From the human T2T-CHM13v2.0 reference genome, Homo sapiens, in assembly GCF_009914755.1 (NCBI RefSeq), contig NC_060932.1: a stretch of DNA of 64,000 nucleotides. One strand, 5' to 3'. Positions within the stretch are counted from its first letter, which is position 1. Each line of letters opens with the position of its first letter. This document shows, one piece after another, positions 28,891 through 42,226 of the stretch. Both the position numbers and the translations under genes were made by a program. A model generated the notes under the pieces. The model was not told the origin of the DNA, did not search any database, and was given only the letters and a program-made list of their open reading frames with translations.

Positions 28891-29419
28891 CTGGAGGGAA
28901 AAACAGGATCAACACCAAATCTACCATGGCTCTTTCCGTTGTTACAAAAATAATGGATCAATAAGGCATCTCTGTGAAATACTTATTCCATCACCCAATC
29001 TATTGTTTACACATAGTTAGAAAGTGAGTCTAATAGTTAATGACATTACTATAAAATTTCAGGAGATTATCAACCATAATTTTCAGGAGATTAATAACCA
29101 TAACAACAGTTGCAGTCTGTTTTTGTAAACTCTGTTTTCCTCATACAAATGTAATATCTTTCTCTTTTTCAATAATAGTACTAATAATATTAGAAGGACT
29201 TCTGAAATATAACAAATGGCCCATGTTTGCTCAAATAGTCTTTCGTTAGTATCACCGAGAGACAAAATTCTATGCTAGATAGATCATCTGACGTATTTTG
29301 TATGTATAAAAAATTTGCATAGCTTTTATTATAAAAATCACACACGTATGTAATAAAAAGATAAGCTGAAAAGATCATAATTAAAGTCTCTGGTGGAACA
29401 GCCACTTAGAGATAATCAC

Positions 29420-29567
29420 TAATACCAACTTACAATAGAGGTATGTTCTGATAAAGCCATCATAAGTCAAAAATATCATAAATCAAAAATGCAACTAATA
29501 TCCCAATAAACCCATTGTAAAGTCAAAAAATCATAAGTTGAATCATTGTAAGTCAGTGGCCATCTGT
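29420..29567. mobile_element. MER47/Tigger5-like MITE fragment
   Basis: CAACTTACAAT...GATAAAGCCATCATAAGTC ... TTGTAAGTCAGTGGCCATCTGTA. Confidence 0.55.
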
Positions 29568-29844
29568 ATTTGTAGAGATACATCAAGAGTGAGATAGATC
29601 ATTGCATTTATTTAGCACAAACTATGACCAGACCTTGTGTTATGAATACTAGCTCATCTAGGTATTACTGTTATAAACACTATTTTTACAGAGGAGAAAG
29701 CCAAGAAACAAAGTTAAATAATGTATCCAAGGTCATAACACTAGTAGATGGTAGAGCTAGAATTTGAGGCCAAGCAGTCTGACTTTGAAGTTTTTATTCT
29801 TAATCAATTGCTAGGGTTACAATTACATATATATGTGTATATAA

Positions 29845-30135
29845 TTTTTTTGAGACAGGGTCTCGCTCTGTTGCCCAGGCTAGAGTACAGTGACACAGTT
29901 TTGGCTCACTGCAGCCTCAACCTCCTGGGCTGGAGTCATTCTACCTCAGCCCCACAAAAAGCTGGGACTACAGGTGTGCACCACCATGCCTGGCTAATTT
30001 TAAAAAATATATTTTTGTAGAGATGGGGTCCTGCTATGTTGCCCATGCTGATCTTGAACTCCGGAGCTCAAGTAATCCTCCTGCCATGGCCCTCTAAAAT
30101 GCTGGGATTATAGCCATGAGCTACTGTGCCCAGCC
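29845..30135 (-). mobile_element. AluJ
   Basis: Reverse diverged Alu. Confidence 0.9.
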
Positions 30136-30139
30136 ATCA

Positions 30140-31135
30140 GCATATTTTTAAACAGCTTTATTGAGGTATAATTGATATAATAAACTGCACATATTTAAAA
30201 TGTACAATTTAGTAAATTTCAAAAACTATTTTTCAGTGTACATTCCAATAGTGTTCAATATATTCATATTGTTGTGTAACACATATTCAGAACTTTTCAT
30301 CTTGCAGAACTGAAACTCTACCCATTAGACAGTAACAATCCATTTCTCCCTCCCCTCAGCTTCTGGCAACCACCATTCTACTTTTTGTTTCTATGAATTG
30401 ACTATTTTAGATAGTGGAATCATACAGTATTTGTGATGTTGTTACTAGCTTATTTCATTTAGCAGAATGTCCCCAAGGTTCATCCATGTTGTAGTATGTG
30501 TCAGAACCTCTTTCCTTTTTTTAAGGCTGAATAATATTCCATTGCGTGTATACCACAATTTGCTTATCCATTCATCTATCAATGAACAATGGGTTTCTTC
30601 CATCTCTTGGCTATTGTGAATAATGCTGCAATTAACATGGGTGTGCACCTATCTCTTTCAGATCCAGCTTTGAATTCTTTTGGAAATCCATCAAAAAATG
30701 AAATCACTGCATTATACTATAATTTTATTTTTAATTTTTTGAGGAACTGCCGTATTGTTTCCATGGTGACCATATCATCTTACATTATTACAGACAGTGC
30801 ACAGAGGTTCCGATTTCTTCACATCCTTGTCAATATTTATTATTTTCTGGGTATTTTTTTTTTTTGGATGGTAGACATCCAAATGGGTGTGAGGTGATGT
30901 CTTATTGTGGTTTTAATTGGTGTTTCTCTGATGATTAGTGATATTGAACATCTTTTCATATGCTTGTTGGTCATTTTTATATCATCTTTGGTATATGTGC
31001 TGCCAAAGTGAGCACTGTATATCATCTTTGGAGAAATGTCTGTCCAAGTCCTTTGCCCATTTTTTAATCAGGCTATTTTGTTGTTGTTGTTGAGTTGTAG
31101 AAGTTCTTTATGTATCCTGGATATTAACCCTTCCA
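30140..31135 (-). mobile_element. L1MA/L1MB 3' fragment (hosts the U6 fragment)
   Basis: L1 3'UTR/ORF2-end motifs (TTCATCCATGTTGTAG, GATTAGTGATATTGAACATCTTTTCATATG). Confidence 0.85.
30987..31015 (-). pseudogene. 3'-truncated U6 snRNA retrocopy (nt ~1-29)
   Basis: The reverse complement is GTGCTCACTTTGGCAGCACATATACCAAA vs U6 GTGCTCGCTTCGGCAGCACATATACTAAA (26/29, two differences are CpG decays). Direct repeat TATATCATCTTTGG at 30978-30991 and 31018-31031. Confidence 0.88.
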
Positions 31136-31362
31136 ATATATCTTTTTAAACAAATGGAATTACACTTTGCAGGCTGTTTAGCAAACTATTTTTTCATTTT
31201 ATATATGTTGAATATATTATTTTATATTATTTTGCTACAGGATTTATATTCTGTCATATCTATAGTATACTTTTTAATGCTTTCTCTATTGTAGACACTT
31301 TTACTTTTGCTATTATAAATAAAATTATACTGATCATATTTATTAATTTTATGGATAATTTC

Positions 31363-31808
31363 TGTATTAGCTTCCTGAGGCTGTTGTAACAAAGTACCAC
31401 AAATTTGGTGGGTAGAAACAATAGAAATTTATTTTCTCACAGCTCTGGAGGCTATAAATCTGAAATCTAGGAGGGCCACACTAATCCAGGGACTCAAGTA
31501 AAGATAATGTTCCTTGGATTTTCAAGCTTCTGATGGCTGTTGGCATTCCTTGACTTGTGGATGCATTTCCTCCCTGTTCATTGCTTCCTGCTCATTTGTC
31601 TGTGTGTTCTCCCACTGCCTCTGTCTTATAAGGACAGTTGTCATTGGGTTTAGGACCCACGCAGATAATCAAGGATGATCTCATCATCCCAAGATCCTTA
31701 ATTATATCTTCTTCAAAGACCCTTGTTCCTTATAAAGTAACATTCACAAATTCCTGGGGTTGGAACATGGACATGTCTTTTAGGGGAACACAATTCAGTC
31801 CACTACAG
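31363..31808 (-). mobile_element. MLT1C/D-like MaLR LTR
   Basis: TGTATTAGCTTCCTGAGGCTGTTGTAACAAAGTACCAC ... ATTCAGTCCACTACA. Confidence 0.8.
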
Positions 31809-31932
31809 TTTTATGAAGATAAATTCCTAAAATTAGAATGGTTAGTTCATGGTATGTAAAATTTAAACATTTTAAGATAAGTATTTCAGAATTGTGCTCC
31901 AAAATGACTTTGAATTTTTAATGTTCTTAAAC

Positions 31933-32066
31933 ACATGTGTGTATTGTGTCTTCATGCATAGACACCATGCAATAACGTATATGTGTGTTGTGTGTGCATG
32001 CATAGACACCACACAATACATATGTGTGTGTTGTGTGTGCATGCATAGACACCGTGCAGTAACATA
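31933..32066. repeat. Minisatellite, about 3 x 43-44 bp
   Basis: Core CATGCATAGACACC recurs at 31953, 31997 and 32040. Confidence 0.85.
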
Positions 32067-33564
32067 GGTGCACCCCATAAAATAAAAAAAGGAAAGCAAA
32101 GAGAAAGTTGGAGTTAGGGAGAAATGAGAAAAACAATGGTAGGGACCACTCAGAGGTGCCCTTGATAATCTTAAGTACTATCAGTAGCTGTTTCAATAAA
32201 ACATACTTTATTGGTCTATGTCCAGAAAAATGGCCAAACTTGTGTTTTGATCTATTTGCTTATGTCTGTCTTGTTTCTCTCTAGAAATATGTTTCATTTT
32301 TCAAATCTTTGCATTTTGGTGTAAAAAGTTAATCTTCAATTTTGACCAATGAACATTTCCATGAAAAAAAAAAAACTTTTTATTCCACTTTTTTCATTTG
32401 TCACATAATCTTTGATGTATGGATTTGTGAACTTTTAAAAAATGATTTCATGAATAAGATCAGAAAAGCTTTATACATACGTACGTATGTATGTATTTTG
32501 TTGGGAGGTAGAAAACCACCAGTATGGAGTATTTCTTTTATTAAACATAGTTGAAAAGTTCACCAAAAAGGAGCTTTGTTCCAGGATAAAAGTCATTTTC
32601 AAGAGCATTTAGGTAATAAATCATGTGGAATTGTATTTTCAATACTTTATCATGAATAGCAATCAATCACTGGTTTCTTGATAGAGGGTTACTTTTTGTA
32701 ATCAACTTACAGAGCTCATTACCCATTGAGTGTGAGTTCCTTCAAAAGTGGAAGCAATGCACTTATTCCAGCAATGTGATCATTGCTCAAAACTCATTTT
32801 TAAACTTGCCTTAAAACTAACTGCTTTTAAATGGAGCATTAAAGAGTCTCAAAAATAAATCAATTTCATTTATCTGATAAACTCACCTAGTTTTTATTCC
32901 ATAATGTACATTTATTTTTCAGTTTGACCATTCATTGACTTGACTTTGAATAACTTCTATTTGGTTCCAAAAATCAAGTCTACCTTTGTGGAAAAATAAT
33001 TTGCCACCAGAGGAGGATACTCAAAAGAATATGCTGCTATATTTTCTAAAAACAATTTAAGCTACAATATTATCATCAGAATAACCTCACCTGGGGAGGT
33101 TACTTTGAGAGACAGAATACTCAGAAGTGTTATTTGTGGTATGTTTTTACTAATATCCTGACACAATACTATGACGTAACACAATAGAATCATAAGAAAA
33201 TAGATTTAATGAGGGACAAGCTACCCTTGGTGTTTTTCAAGTCAAATTTTACAAATAAAGAAAGAGGCAACTTAGGCAACCTAAGTAAGTTACAGAAGGC
33301 TAGCCATATTCTCAGTTGGTGATGGAGGTTACGGAGATCCAAGTCTTTTTTTTTTTTTTTTTTTTAATTTTAGGGCTTTTAAAAAACCCCTATAATATAG
33401 TGAGCTGAATTGGCAAGTGGCTAGCAAAGTTTAATCTGCAGATGTGCTCCTATTAGCTGGAAATTTTAAAATATGATTGTAAATACCTTTAGGTAGGGGG
33501 AATAATTCTTCACTTCATATTAGCAACAGGTTTTAGTCATGTCTGAAACATATGGCCCTTGGGT

Positions 33565-33732
33565 AAAGTTGTTAGATTTAGCAAATAAAAGTTTGAATTT
33601 CTGATAACACTTAATTTTTTACTCTGAATATGCTCCAAACATTGCATGGGATATACTCATACTCAAGCTATTCATCGTTCATTTGAAATTAAAATTTAAC
33701 TGGGCATCATATATTTTATTTGGCAAACATAG
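33565..33732. mobile_element. MER53-like palindromic MITE
   Basis: GATTTAGCAAATAAAA ... AAATTTAACTGGGCATC ... TTTTATTTGGCAA. Confidence 0.65.
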
Positions 33733-33789
33733 CTTTGGAGGATATGAAGCATATATACTGCCATTTTGAATCCAGTCTACCAGCCAGAT

Positions 33790-34190
33790 GTGGCAGAAAT
33801 ATTTACTATTCACTAAACAGGTTTAGGTTCTCCCACATTTTGCAGCTTCCTTAAAATTAGGCAGAGCCATATGACTAGTTCTGGCCAGTGCTATGGTTTT
33901 ACAAATGCTGTTATGTCAGTTGACTAATATACTTAAAAGCCAAACACAATTCTCCAGGTCACTCATTGCCTGTTGCAGTGAACTAGAACCATGTGTTCAA
34001 GATGTTCTAGATTCAAGACCCAGCAGCCTTGGATCCCTGAAGAAAAGTTGGATCGAAGGTACTCAGAAGAACCATGGGACCTACAGCATACTTTGTGTGT
34101 GTTGGGAACAATCCTTTATTAGTTAATCCACTGAAATTTTAGGGTTGGTTCGTTCCTGCAGCTTGGCATAAACTATCCGGACTAACACAC
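33790..34190 (+). mobile_element. Old MLT1 LTR
   Basis: CATTTTGCAGCTTCCTT..., CCACTGAAATTTTAGGGTTGGTTCGTT and GACTAACACA. Confidence 0.6.
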
Positions 34191-34665
34191 TGTATCATCA
34201 CATGAATTAAATAAATTCTGTGAGTCTAACTTTGTTGTTGTTGTTGTTTAATCTTCATGGAATTGCCATCAACTTGTCAGATTTATTTGGAGGACTGAAT
34301 GAGAATTACAAGTAAAAGTCTTCAGCATTCTGTCTGCTGCCTGGTAGGTTGCAGCAAATGAGACCAATATTTAATGATAACATGTCCATTATGAGTATTA
34401 TTTTAATTATTATAGCAATCTTATGAAATTGGTGTTATTATCTTTTCCATTTTATAACTTTCCGTATAAATTTTATAAGGAAAATGAAGCTTGGAGTGGT
34501 TAATAAATTTGCCCAACATCATTTCACAAAGCTCTTGTTAAAAATAGAGATAAGTCTCTATTCCAGAACAGTCTAACTCCAAAATCCCTATTTTCAAATC
34601 CATGCCACATACATATTTTCCTGTGACATACAGAAGCCTGTTTCTGTGACATTCATTCATTTTTA

Positions 34666-34907
<242 letters not shown>

Positions 34908-35338
34908 CTAGAAAAGAATACCTGAGACTAGGTGATTTATAAAGAAAAGTGGTTTATTTTGGCTCATGGTTCAACTGGACTCTTGATGCGCCCCTAGTGG
35001 AAATGTTCTCCTTTGGAAAGCAGAATCTCTAGATCCACAGAACTCAAAGATCTATGCTACAATAATAAAGAAACCTTAAATTTCAGTGAAGATCAATCTT
35101 TAGGTCATTTAAACAATTAGCAGCCAAGAAGAGAAGAAAAAGGTAGAAAAGGAGACCAAAAAGGAAGTGGTCAGTTATGAGGAGGGAAAAAAAAGTGTGT
35201 AATGTTGCTGAAGCCAAAAGAAAAAAGCATTTCAAGAAATAGAGTTTGATCAATTATTATCAAATGCTGCTCCAAGAAAGGTACAATAAGTTAAGGAGTG
35301 AGAATAGACTACTAGATTCAATAAGAATTAATTAACTT

Positions 35339-35747
<409 letters not shown>

Positions 35748-37562
35748 GAATTGATGGCCTTGAAGAATGTATTTTCAGTGGCGTGGAGGTGAAGAAAGAC
35801 TAAAATAGAAGGAAAGAAAGTGAAGATGGCGAGTATGGATGCTTTTAAGATGTTTTTCTATAGATGGGAAGGAGAGGTAAAGAAGGTACCTTAAAGCAAA
35901 AGGCACAAAGGATTCCTTTTTAAGGTGGGAGATATTACGGAATGTTGATGGAAATAACCCAGTAGAGAGGAAATGACTAAAGCCGTTTGATTCTTTTTTT
36001 GTCATAGGTGTCTAACAAGAAGTTCTCAGTAAATGCTATTTACTCTGATTATTTTATGCCACTTTTAAAATCAGACCTTTATCATTATAAAATCACCTGC
36101 CCCCTTATCTTATTGATTTTTTTTATTTCTAGCAAGTTTCCAAGTATGTCTTCAATATACTTCAAATTTCAAATGTCTATGAATGTTGCTATGAAAAATA
36201 AGAAATAGGAAAGTTTACTGTTTCTTATGACCATGTGAAAATAAAGTTACATACATTGTTTTGGAGGGAAGGGGTTATGTAAGCCGGTTCGTAATTGAAT
36301 AAAAACCTGTTATCCTCCACCCCTCCCCCGCAAATAGTTTAGAAGTATGATAACGTTTATTATTTGACGAGACTTTTGTCAGTAGTCAATACTAGAATGC
36401 CCTGTGGATGTGTAGGGCCACCAAGCCAAAGAAATAAAAAATACAAACAACCACAACACACAGAATAAAGAATATGTTCAGTGGAACTGTTGCAGAGCAT
36501 GAAGCCCAAGTTGAGTGTTCAGATAAAAACTCTCCCTGTTTAAAAGTAACTGTGGTGACTGGGTAACTAATCAAGATGTCTGGGATTAGACCTATTAGTT
36601 TAGTGAACATAGGACAAAGACAAAGGGATAGTATGGCATATAGTTTTGTTATTTTGAGCAAAAGAGAAAAAAATGAACCTCTCATGAAATTGTTCAATTT
36701 GTGTGTGAGGAAAAGCCATGGCTATAACCAATCAGAGCCTTCGGCCAAGTGAAAGATTACAGAGAATTATTGTCAGATGCTGGAATTTTCCTTCCAGATA
36801 AATGACAACCCTGTACCTTGAAAATTTCAAGAGCAGTCTTCCAAAACCCCTATAAAATATTAAACTAATATACTTGCAATTTTAGTACAAATCAGGACAT
36901 GCAAAAATTACAGTACTCATAGTGATATTAACTGAGTTCACAGGGTGCACATCAGGACTTTTATTCCAAAGCAGCCCAGTTTGAGGAGTTAATATTTCTT
37001 TGGGGACTAAAATACTTGTATTTTCCATCTTCTCTGAATTAAGATTAGAAAATGAAAATGAGGGTTTACATACTGCGTTTAAAATATAATTTCTCAGCAT
37101 TGCCAAGATGTTTGGCTGACCTCTGATTTTCTATCAATATTTAAGGGAAAGTATTAAATAGAAAATCATCTTGAAGCAAATTCAAAGAACATGTCATGTA
37201 CTAGGGCTTTTATATGTTTTATATTTATAATGTAGTAATTTTATTTTGTGACTAGTTTCCATAACATGTTTCTATAAATTAAAAGGAGAAAAATATCTAA
37301 TTTCTAAGGGCAAATCTCCAAGTTTTTCACTTTTTATGTGAAAACACTGAACAGAATTATGCAGATAACTTAACATTGAACTTACTAATTTTTCTCAGTA
37401 AAATTTTTCTCATGCCGTATTTATGTTTTAAATTGCCCAAATATTTTATATTGGCCTAAACATTTTGAAAAATATTCATATTGATTTGAAAGCTGATACA
37501 ACACTTCTAAAAGTCATGATGGCACATCTTGCCAATGTGAAAATGGACATAAAAATATCTCT

Positions 37563-37913
<351 letters not shown>

Positions 37914-38600
37914 TCATCTTAAGAAATGTGGCAATCAACCAATATGGTTGTATCATACGGGGTCAGTTTGAGGAGCTCTGTGCAGCTCGCCTCAGCATTA
38001 TCCACTCAAGGGATGGATGAGGGGGGACTCTTGCCCCTCATTGTGTTAACTCACTCACACTTCCAGGTTTGTGAGTGAGTCAAAATAGCTGAAAAGGTAC
38101 CCACAGGTACTACAACAAAAATTCCCTGATGTAGAAAACAAGAAATTTTCACTGCAGTGGAGACAAGGTGCTGTCACATCATACTTTTGCACAACTGGTT
38201 GTCATAGCAACAGCTGGGCTAGAAGTACATTAACAGGATGTGAGGTAGGGCACAAGAGGTGTCTCAACACCCTCTCATGGCGAATTTTTAAAAAATAACA
38301 TGGCATAACCATCAATAGATGTGGTTACCTGTAAATGAATAGTTAAGGTGACACAGGACCATGCAAGATTTATCAAGGTGACTATAAGTAAGAATGCCTA
38401 ATTCCAATCAAATGCTGATTGATTAAAGAAAAGACAAAATATACTATACACTGCTGGTGGGAATATAAATTAGTTCAACCTCTATGGAAAACAGTGTGGA
38501 GATTTCTCAAAGAACTAAAAATAGAATTACCATTCAACCCAGCCATCCTACTACTGGGTATCCAGCCTAGGAAAATAAATCATTATATAATATAGACATT

Positions 38601-39059
38601 GGTCAGGCGCAGTGGCTCACCCCTGTAATCCCAGCACTTTGGGAGGCCAAGGCGCAGATCACCTGAGGTCAGGGGTTTGAGACCAGCCTGGCCAACATGG
38701 TAAAACCCCGTCTCTACTAAAAGTAAAAAAATTAGCCAGGACTGGTGGCAGGTGCCTGTAATCTCAGCTACTCGGGAGGCTAAGGCAGGAGAATCGCTTG
38801 AACCCAGGAGGCAGAGGTTGCAGTGAGCCAAGGTTTAAGCAATAACCCCAACTCTGCTCAGTGTTCTTCATCTCATGCTACTCAAATTCACCAAGGACCA
38901 GTATGTAAACCATGGTTCAACTTTAAAAATTCACAGAATGGAGGTTGGAGCGAACCCGGATTGCACCACTGCACTCTAGTGTGGGTGACAGAGCCAGAAC
39001 ATGTCACAAAAAAAAAAAAAAAAAAAGAAAAGAAAGAAAGAAGGAAGGAAAGGAAAAAA
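38601..39059 (+). mobile_element. AluS interrupted by a ~105-bp non-Alu insert; preceded by an L1 fragment (~38445-38595)
   Basis: Alu runs to ...GCAGTGAGCCAAG (38832), then the insert, then the Alu 3' end resumes at ~38940 with an A/GAAA tail. Confidence 0.88.
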
Positions 39060-39526
39060 GATAAGATATAGATAACGAATATATCCCACGTTTTCAATCA
39101 TGCATATGGGCTCTGGTAAGAGGGAGGCAAAAGACTATAGAAGCTTGTGTACCTTCAGTGTAGTTACAAAACATTGCTTCCTGATAAACTGGTCAAATAT
39201 CCAGTCTATTTAGCAGCATGGCCCTTAGTGAAGAGGGGTGCCAGGCAATTATAGCTGAAAGACATAAACTAGAAATACCATCTAACTAACTTTACCTACT
39301 CTGCTTCCTTTTCACCAAACAGCTTTGTGATTCTACTGAGGCTTCCTTATAAATTGGTGTGCATGGACTAAATGCCCTAATTTTTACAATGTGTAATTGT
39401 TTTCTTTATAGTCATATGTATCGTTGTTAATTTTTAAAGTTGAACCATGGTTTATATACTGGTCCTTTGTGAATTTGAGTAGTGTGAGATGAAGACGACT
39501 AAGCAGAGTTGGGGTTATTGCTTAAA
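38834..39526. repeat. 102-bp inverted duplication (arms 38834-38935 and 39425-39526)
   Basis: Manual alignment gives 94/102 identity with no indels and a 489-nt spacer. The left arm sits inside an Alu. Confidence 0.95.
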
Positions 39527-41705
39527 AATATATCAAGCATGGCTATAACAAGGAAACCAAGATGGTATGACAAGAAGAGGGTTACATTAAGTTCTGGTAG
39601 GAAAAGGATCTGAGTGAAAGTTTCTAGTGGAATGATAAATAGCTTGGAAGGAGCAGAAAGTGTAGAGTGTGCTGATTCTTCTTCCTGGCTCTGTGGGCAA
39701 AGAGAAGGAGTTTAGGAGATAGTATGGCTTTCAATTAATGGGAGATAGAATGTTTGTGAAAAGGTTCAAGACTATGCTTGGTTATTTTGACAGTGAAAGG
39801 GGCTCTACGAAAGACTGCAGACCAAGTTATCCTAAATTTTCAATTGTAATGCGGGGTAATGGTGCCTTCTACTTTAGCAAAGTCGCTTCTCCAGGTTGGT
39901 GGTTTGGTTTGATCCATTACCAAAAGTCTTTGAAGATGAGTAATAAAGGTGATTGCAAAGCATTTGGTAAACATAAATTAATATAAAACTCAACATTAGC
40001 AACTTTCCAGCAAATGTATCTGAAGTAAGTGGTGTGTTTTGTGTAAAATTTCATAGAGTGGTTTCTTAATACATTAAAATGTTTTTCTCTTATTACTGAT
40101 GCTTTCATAGTTGGCTTGATTCACTTGATATCGATGATCTACACTATAATAAAATTTAAGCAGAGAAACTTAATACAGTCTGAATTAGGAACCACAGCTT
40201 CACCGGGACTTAATGTATCATGTTGCAGCATAACATTCTAATATGCATAATTTCCTATATCTTGCATTGACTTTGGGGAGTACTTAAATATTCAGCCCAA
40301 TTCTCTTTTAAGCTTTCGGAATACAGTTAACAACGTAATGTCCTGCATGCAGAAGGTAGAAAAGCTCCCCTCCATACCCATATTCTCCAGTAGAGCCAGA
40401 AAATGAAGCAACAACTCTGTGAAAATCTCTCTTGCAGAATTATTTCCAGCATATTTTGATTAGACACAAAAGGAAGAAGAAGCAACATTTTTTGACTATC
40501 TACTATGTGAGAGCCCTATTACTAGTATTTTAATACACTTCAATCATCAAAATATATCTCCAAGTGTAGATATTTATTATTCTTATTTCACTTTTAAGGA
40601 AATTAAGCTCAGAGATGTTGCCAAAGTTAGCACATCTGTGATGGAAGTGAGAATGGAATACAGTTCTGTCTTCAATCTGTTCATATACTTGAATCTATCT
40701 AAAATCTACAAAGGCAGGAGAGATCTGTCTGAGAATCCCATAATGGGTATTTTAAAAGCATTATTTCCTCATCAGACAATTTCAGTGCTGTCAAAGTAGA
40801 CATGAATTTAAGAAAGGACAAAATCTACACAACCTCGTTAAAGGCAAGAAGAGTGTTATCAGGCCAGTCTTTGCTTTCTTGCTTGCTTTTTTTCTTCATA
40901 ATAAAGTATCAAGCAACAGTCTTTGCTTTCTTACTGACAACAGTTACGTTTCAGGACCCAAGCTCTGATATGTTCCCTGACTATAAACTCCTGAGTGCCA
41001 GAGGCCATGACCTTGACTTCCCATATTCAATTTATTTCTGGCTGCAAAAAAATCGTGCCCAGAGTCAAGCCATGGTAATATGTAATAACGTTATGTTTCA
41101 GTTGGTTAATTTTTGCTTCCTTTAAACACTGAAGACTCAAGCACCAAATTGTTTCAATTATTTAAAAAATAAACCAATGCTCAGGTTAGTACAGTTCTTT
41201 ATTTATTTGATACGAATAAATGAAGAAACTGTTGGCAGTTGCTCACTTCGACAGTGAATAGGGTTTGGCTTGTTGACTGAGTGGCGAAGGATTTGGATAT
41301 GAATATTTTCAGTTGGCAGTAAGGAGGAGAAAGAATTTTCTATTTTCTTTTTGACATTGTGAGTATAAGAAATGCTTTGTGCTGTTATCCTGACAACCTT
41401 ACAAATCAAAATAAGAAAGAAATGGTAACCTACAGCTTTCAGTGGAAGATAATAAGTAGGGGAAAAGACAAGTATATTTTCATTCTCAAAAGGGTAAAAT
41501 CTGTCAGTAGGAGGAAGAGGAACTCTCATTTTGAGGTTAAAGTATAAAATATTAACTTCAAATAGCTTCACATGCAGACAGATTAGCATTCACTCTAACT
41601 TCATGAGGGAGTTAATAAATACATGTGAAAATGAAGATAACAACTTCAAATAAATAATTGAACAGTCACTTTATAAAGGGGTGTTTTGTATGCAGCCTTC
41701 AGAAC

Positions 41706-42226
41706 AGCCGCTAGTGGTCACTGACTCTTGGTATTCTCATTCTTTTGTAATCCCCTTCAATGGAGCGTGGGCTAGACTTACTTTCTTTGAATGAATAAAA
41801 TAAGGTAGAACTAATGGTGCATGTCATAAAAGGAAGTATGTTCTTTCTCTCTCTCTCTCCTTCCCTGTCTCTCTCTCTTTCTCTCCCTCTCTTTTTGTCT
41901 CTAAGATCATTCACTCTGGAGGAAGCCAGCTGCCTGGTCATAAGCAATCCTATGGAGAGGCCCATGAATTGAGAAACTGAGGCCTCTTGCCCAACAGTCA
42001 TGTGAGTGATCTCAGAAGTGGATCCTCCCAGCCCATTCAAGCCTTTGGATGACTGCAGCCCCAACTGACAGTTTGACTGCAGACTCATGACAGACTGAAC
42101 CAGAACCACCCAACTAAGCTGTTCCCAGATTTCTGATCCTGGGAAATTGTGTAAGAAAAATGTTTGCTGTTTTAAGCCAGTAAATTTGGGGGTCAATTTG
42201 TTGTACAGCAATAGGTAACTAATACG
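41706..42226 (+). mobile_element. MLT1F-like MaLR LTR with internal (CT)n
   Basis: TCACTCTGGAGGAAGCCAGCTGCC, GATGACTGCAGCCCC and GCAATAGGTAACTAATAC. Confidence 0.8.

Noticed and set aside
32879-32892. Isolated consensus donors on the minus strand (also ~3785, ~5592, ~45655, ~61142)
   Set aside because: No paired strong acceptor seen; such 9-mers are expected by chance in 64 kb.
41711-42211. 166-aa minus-strand ORF
   Set aside because: Lies entirely within an MLT1 LTR and a (CT)n microsatellite.
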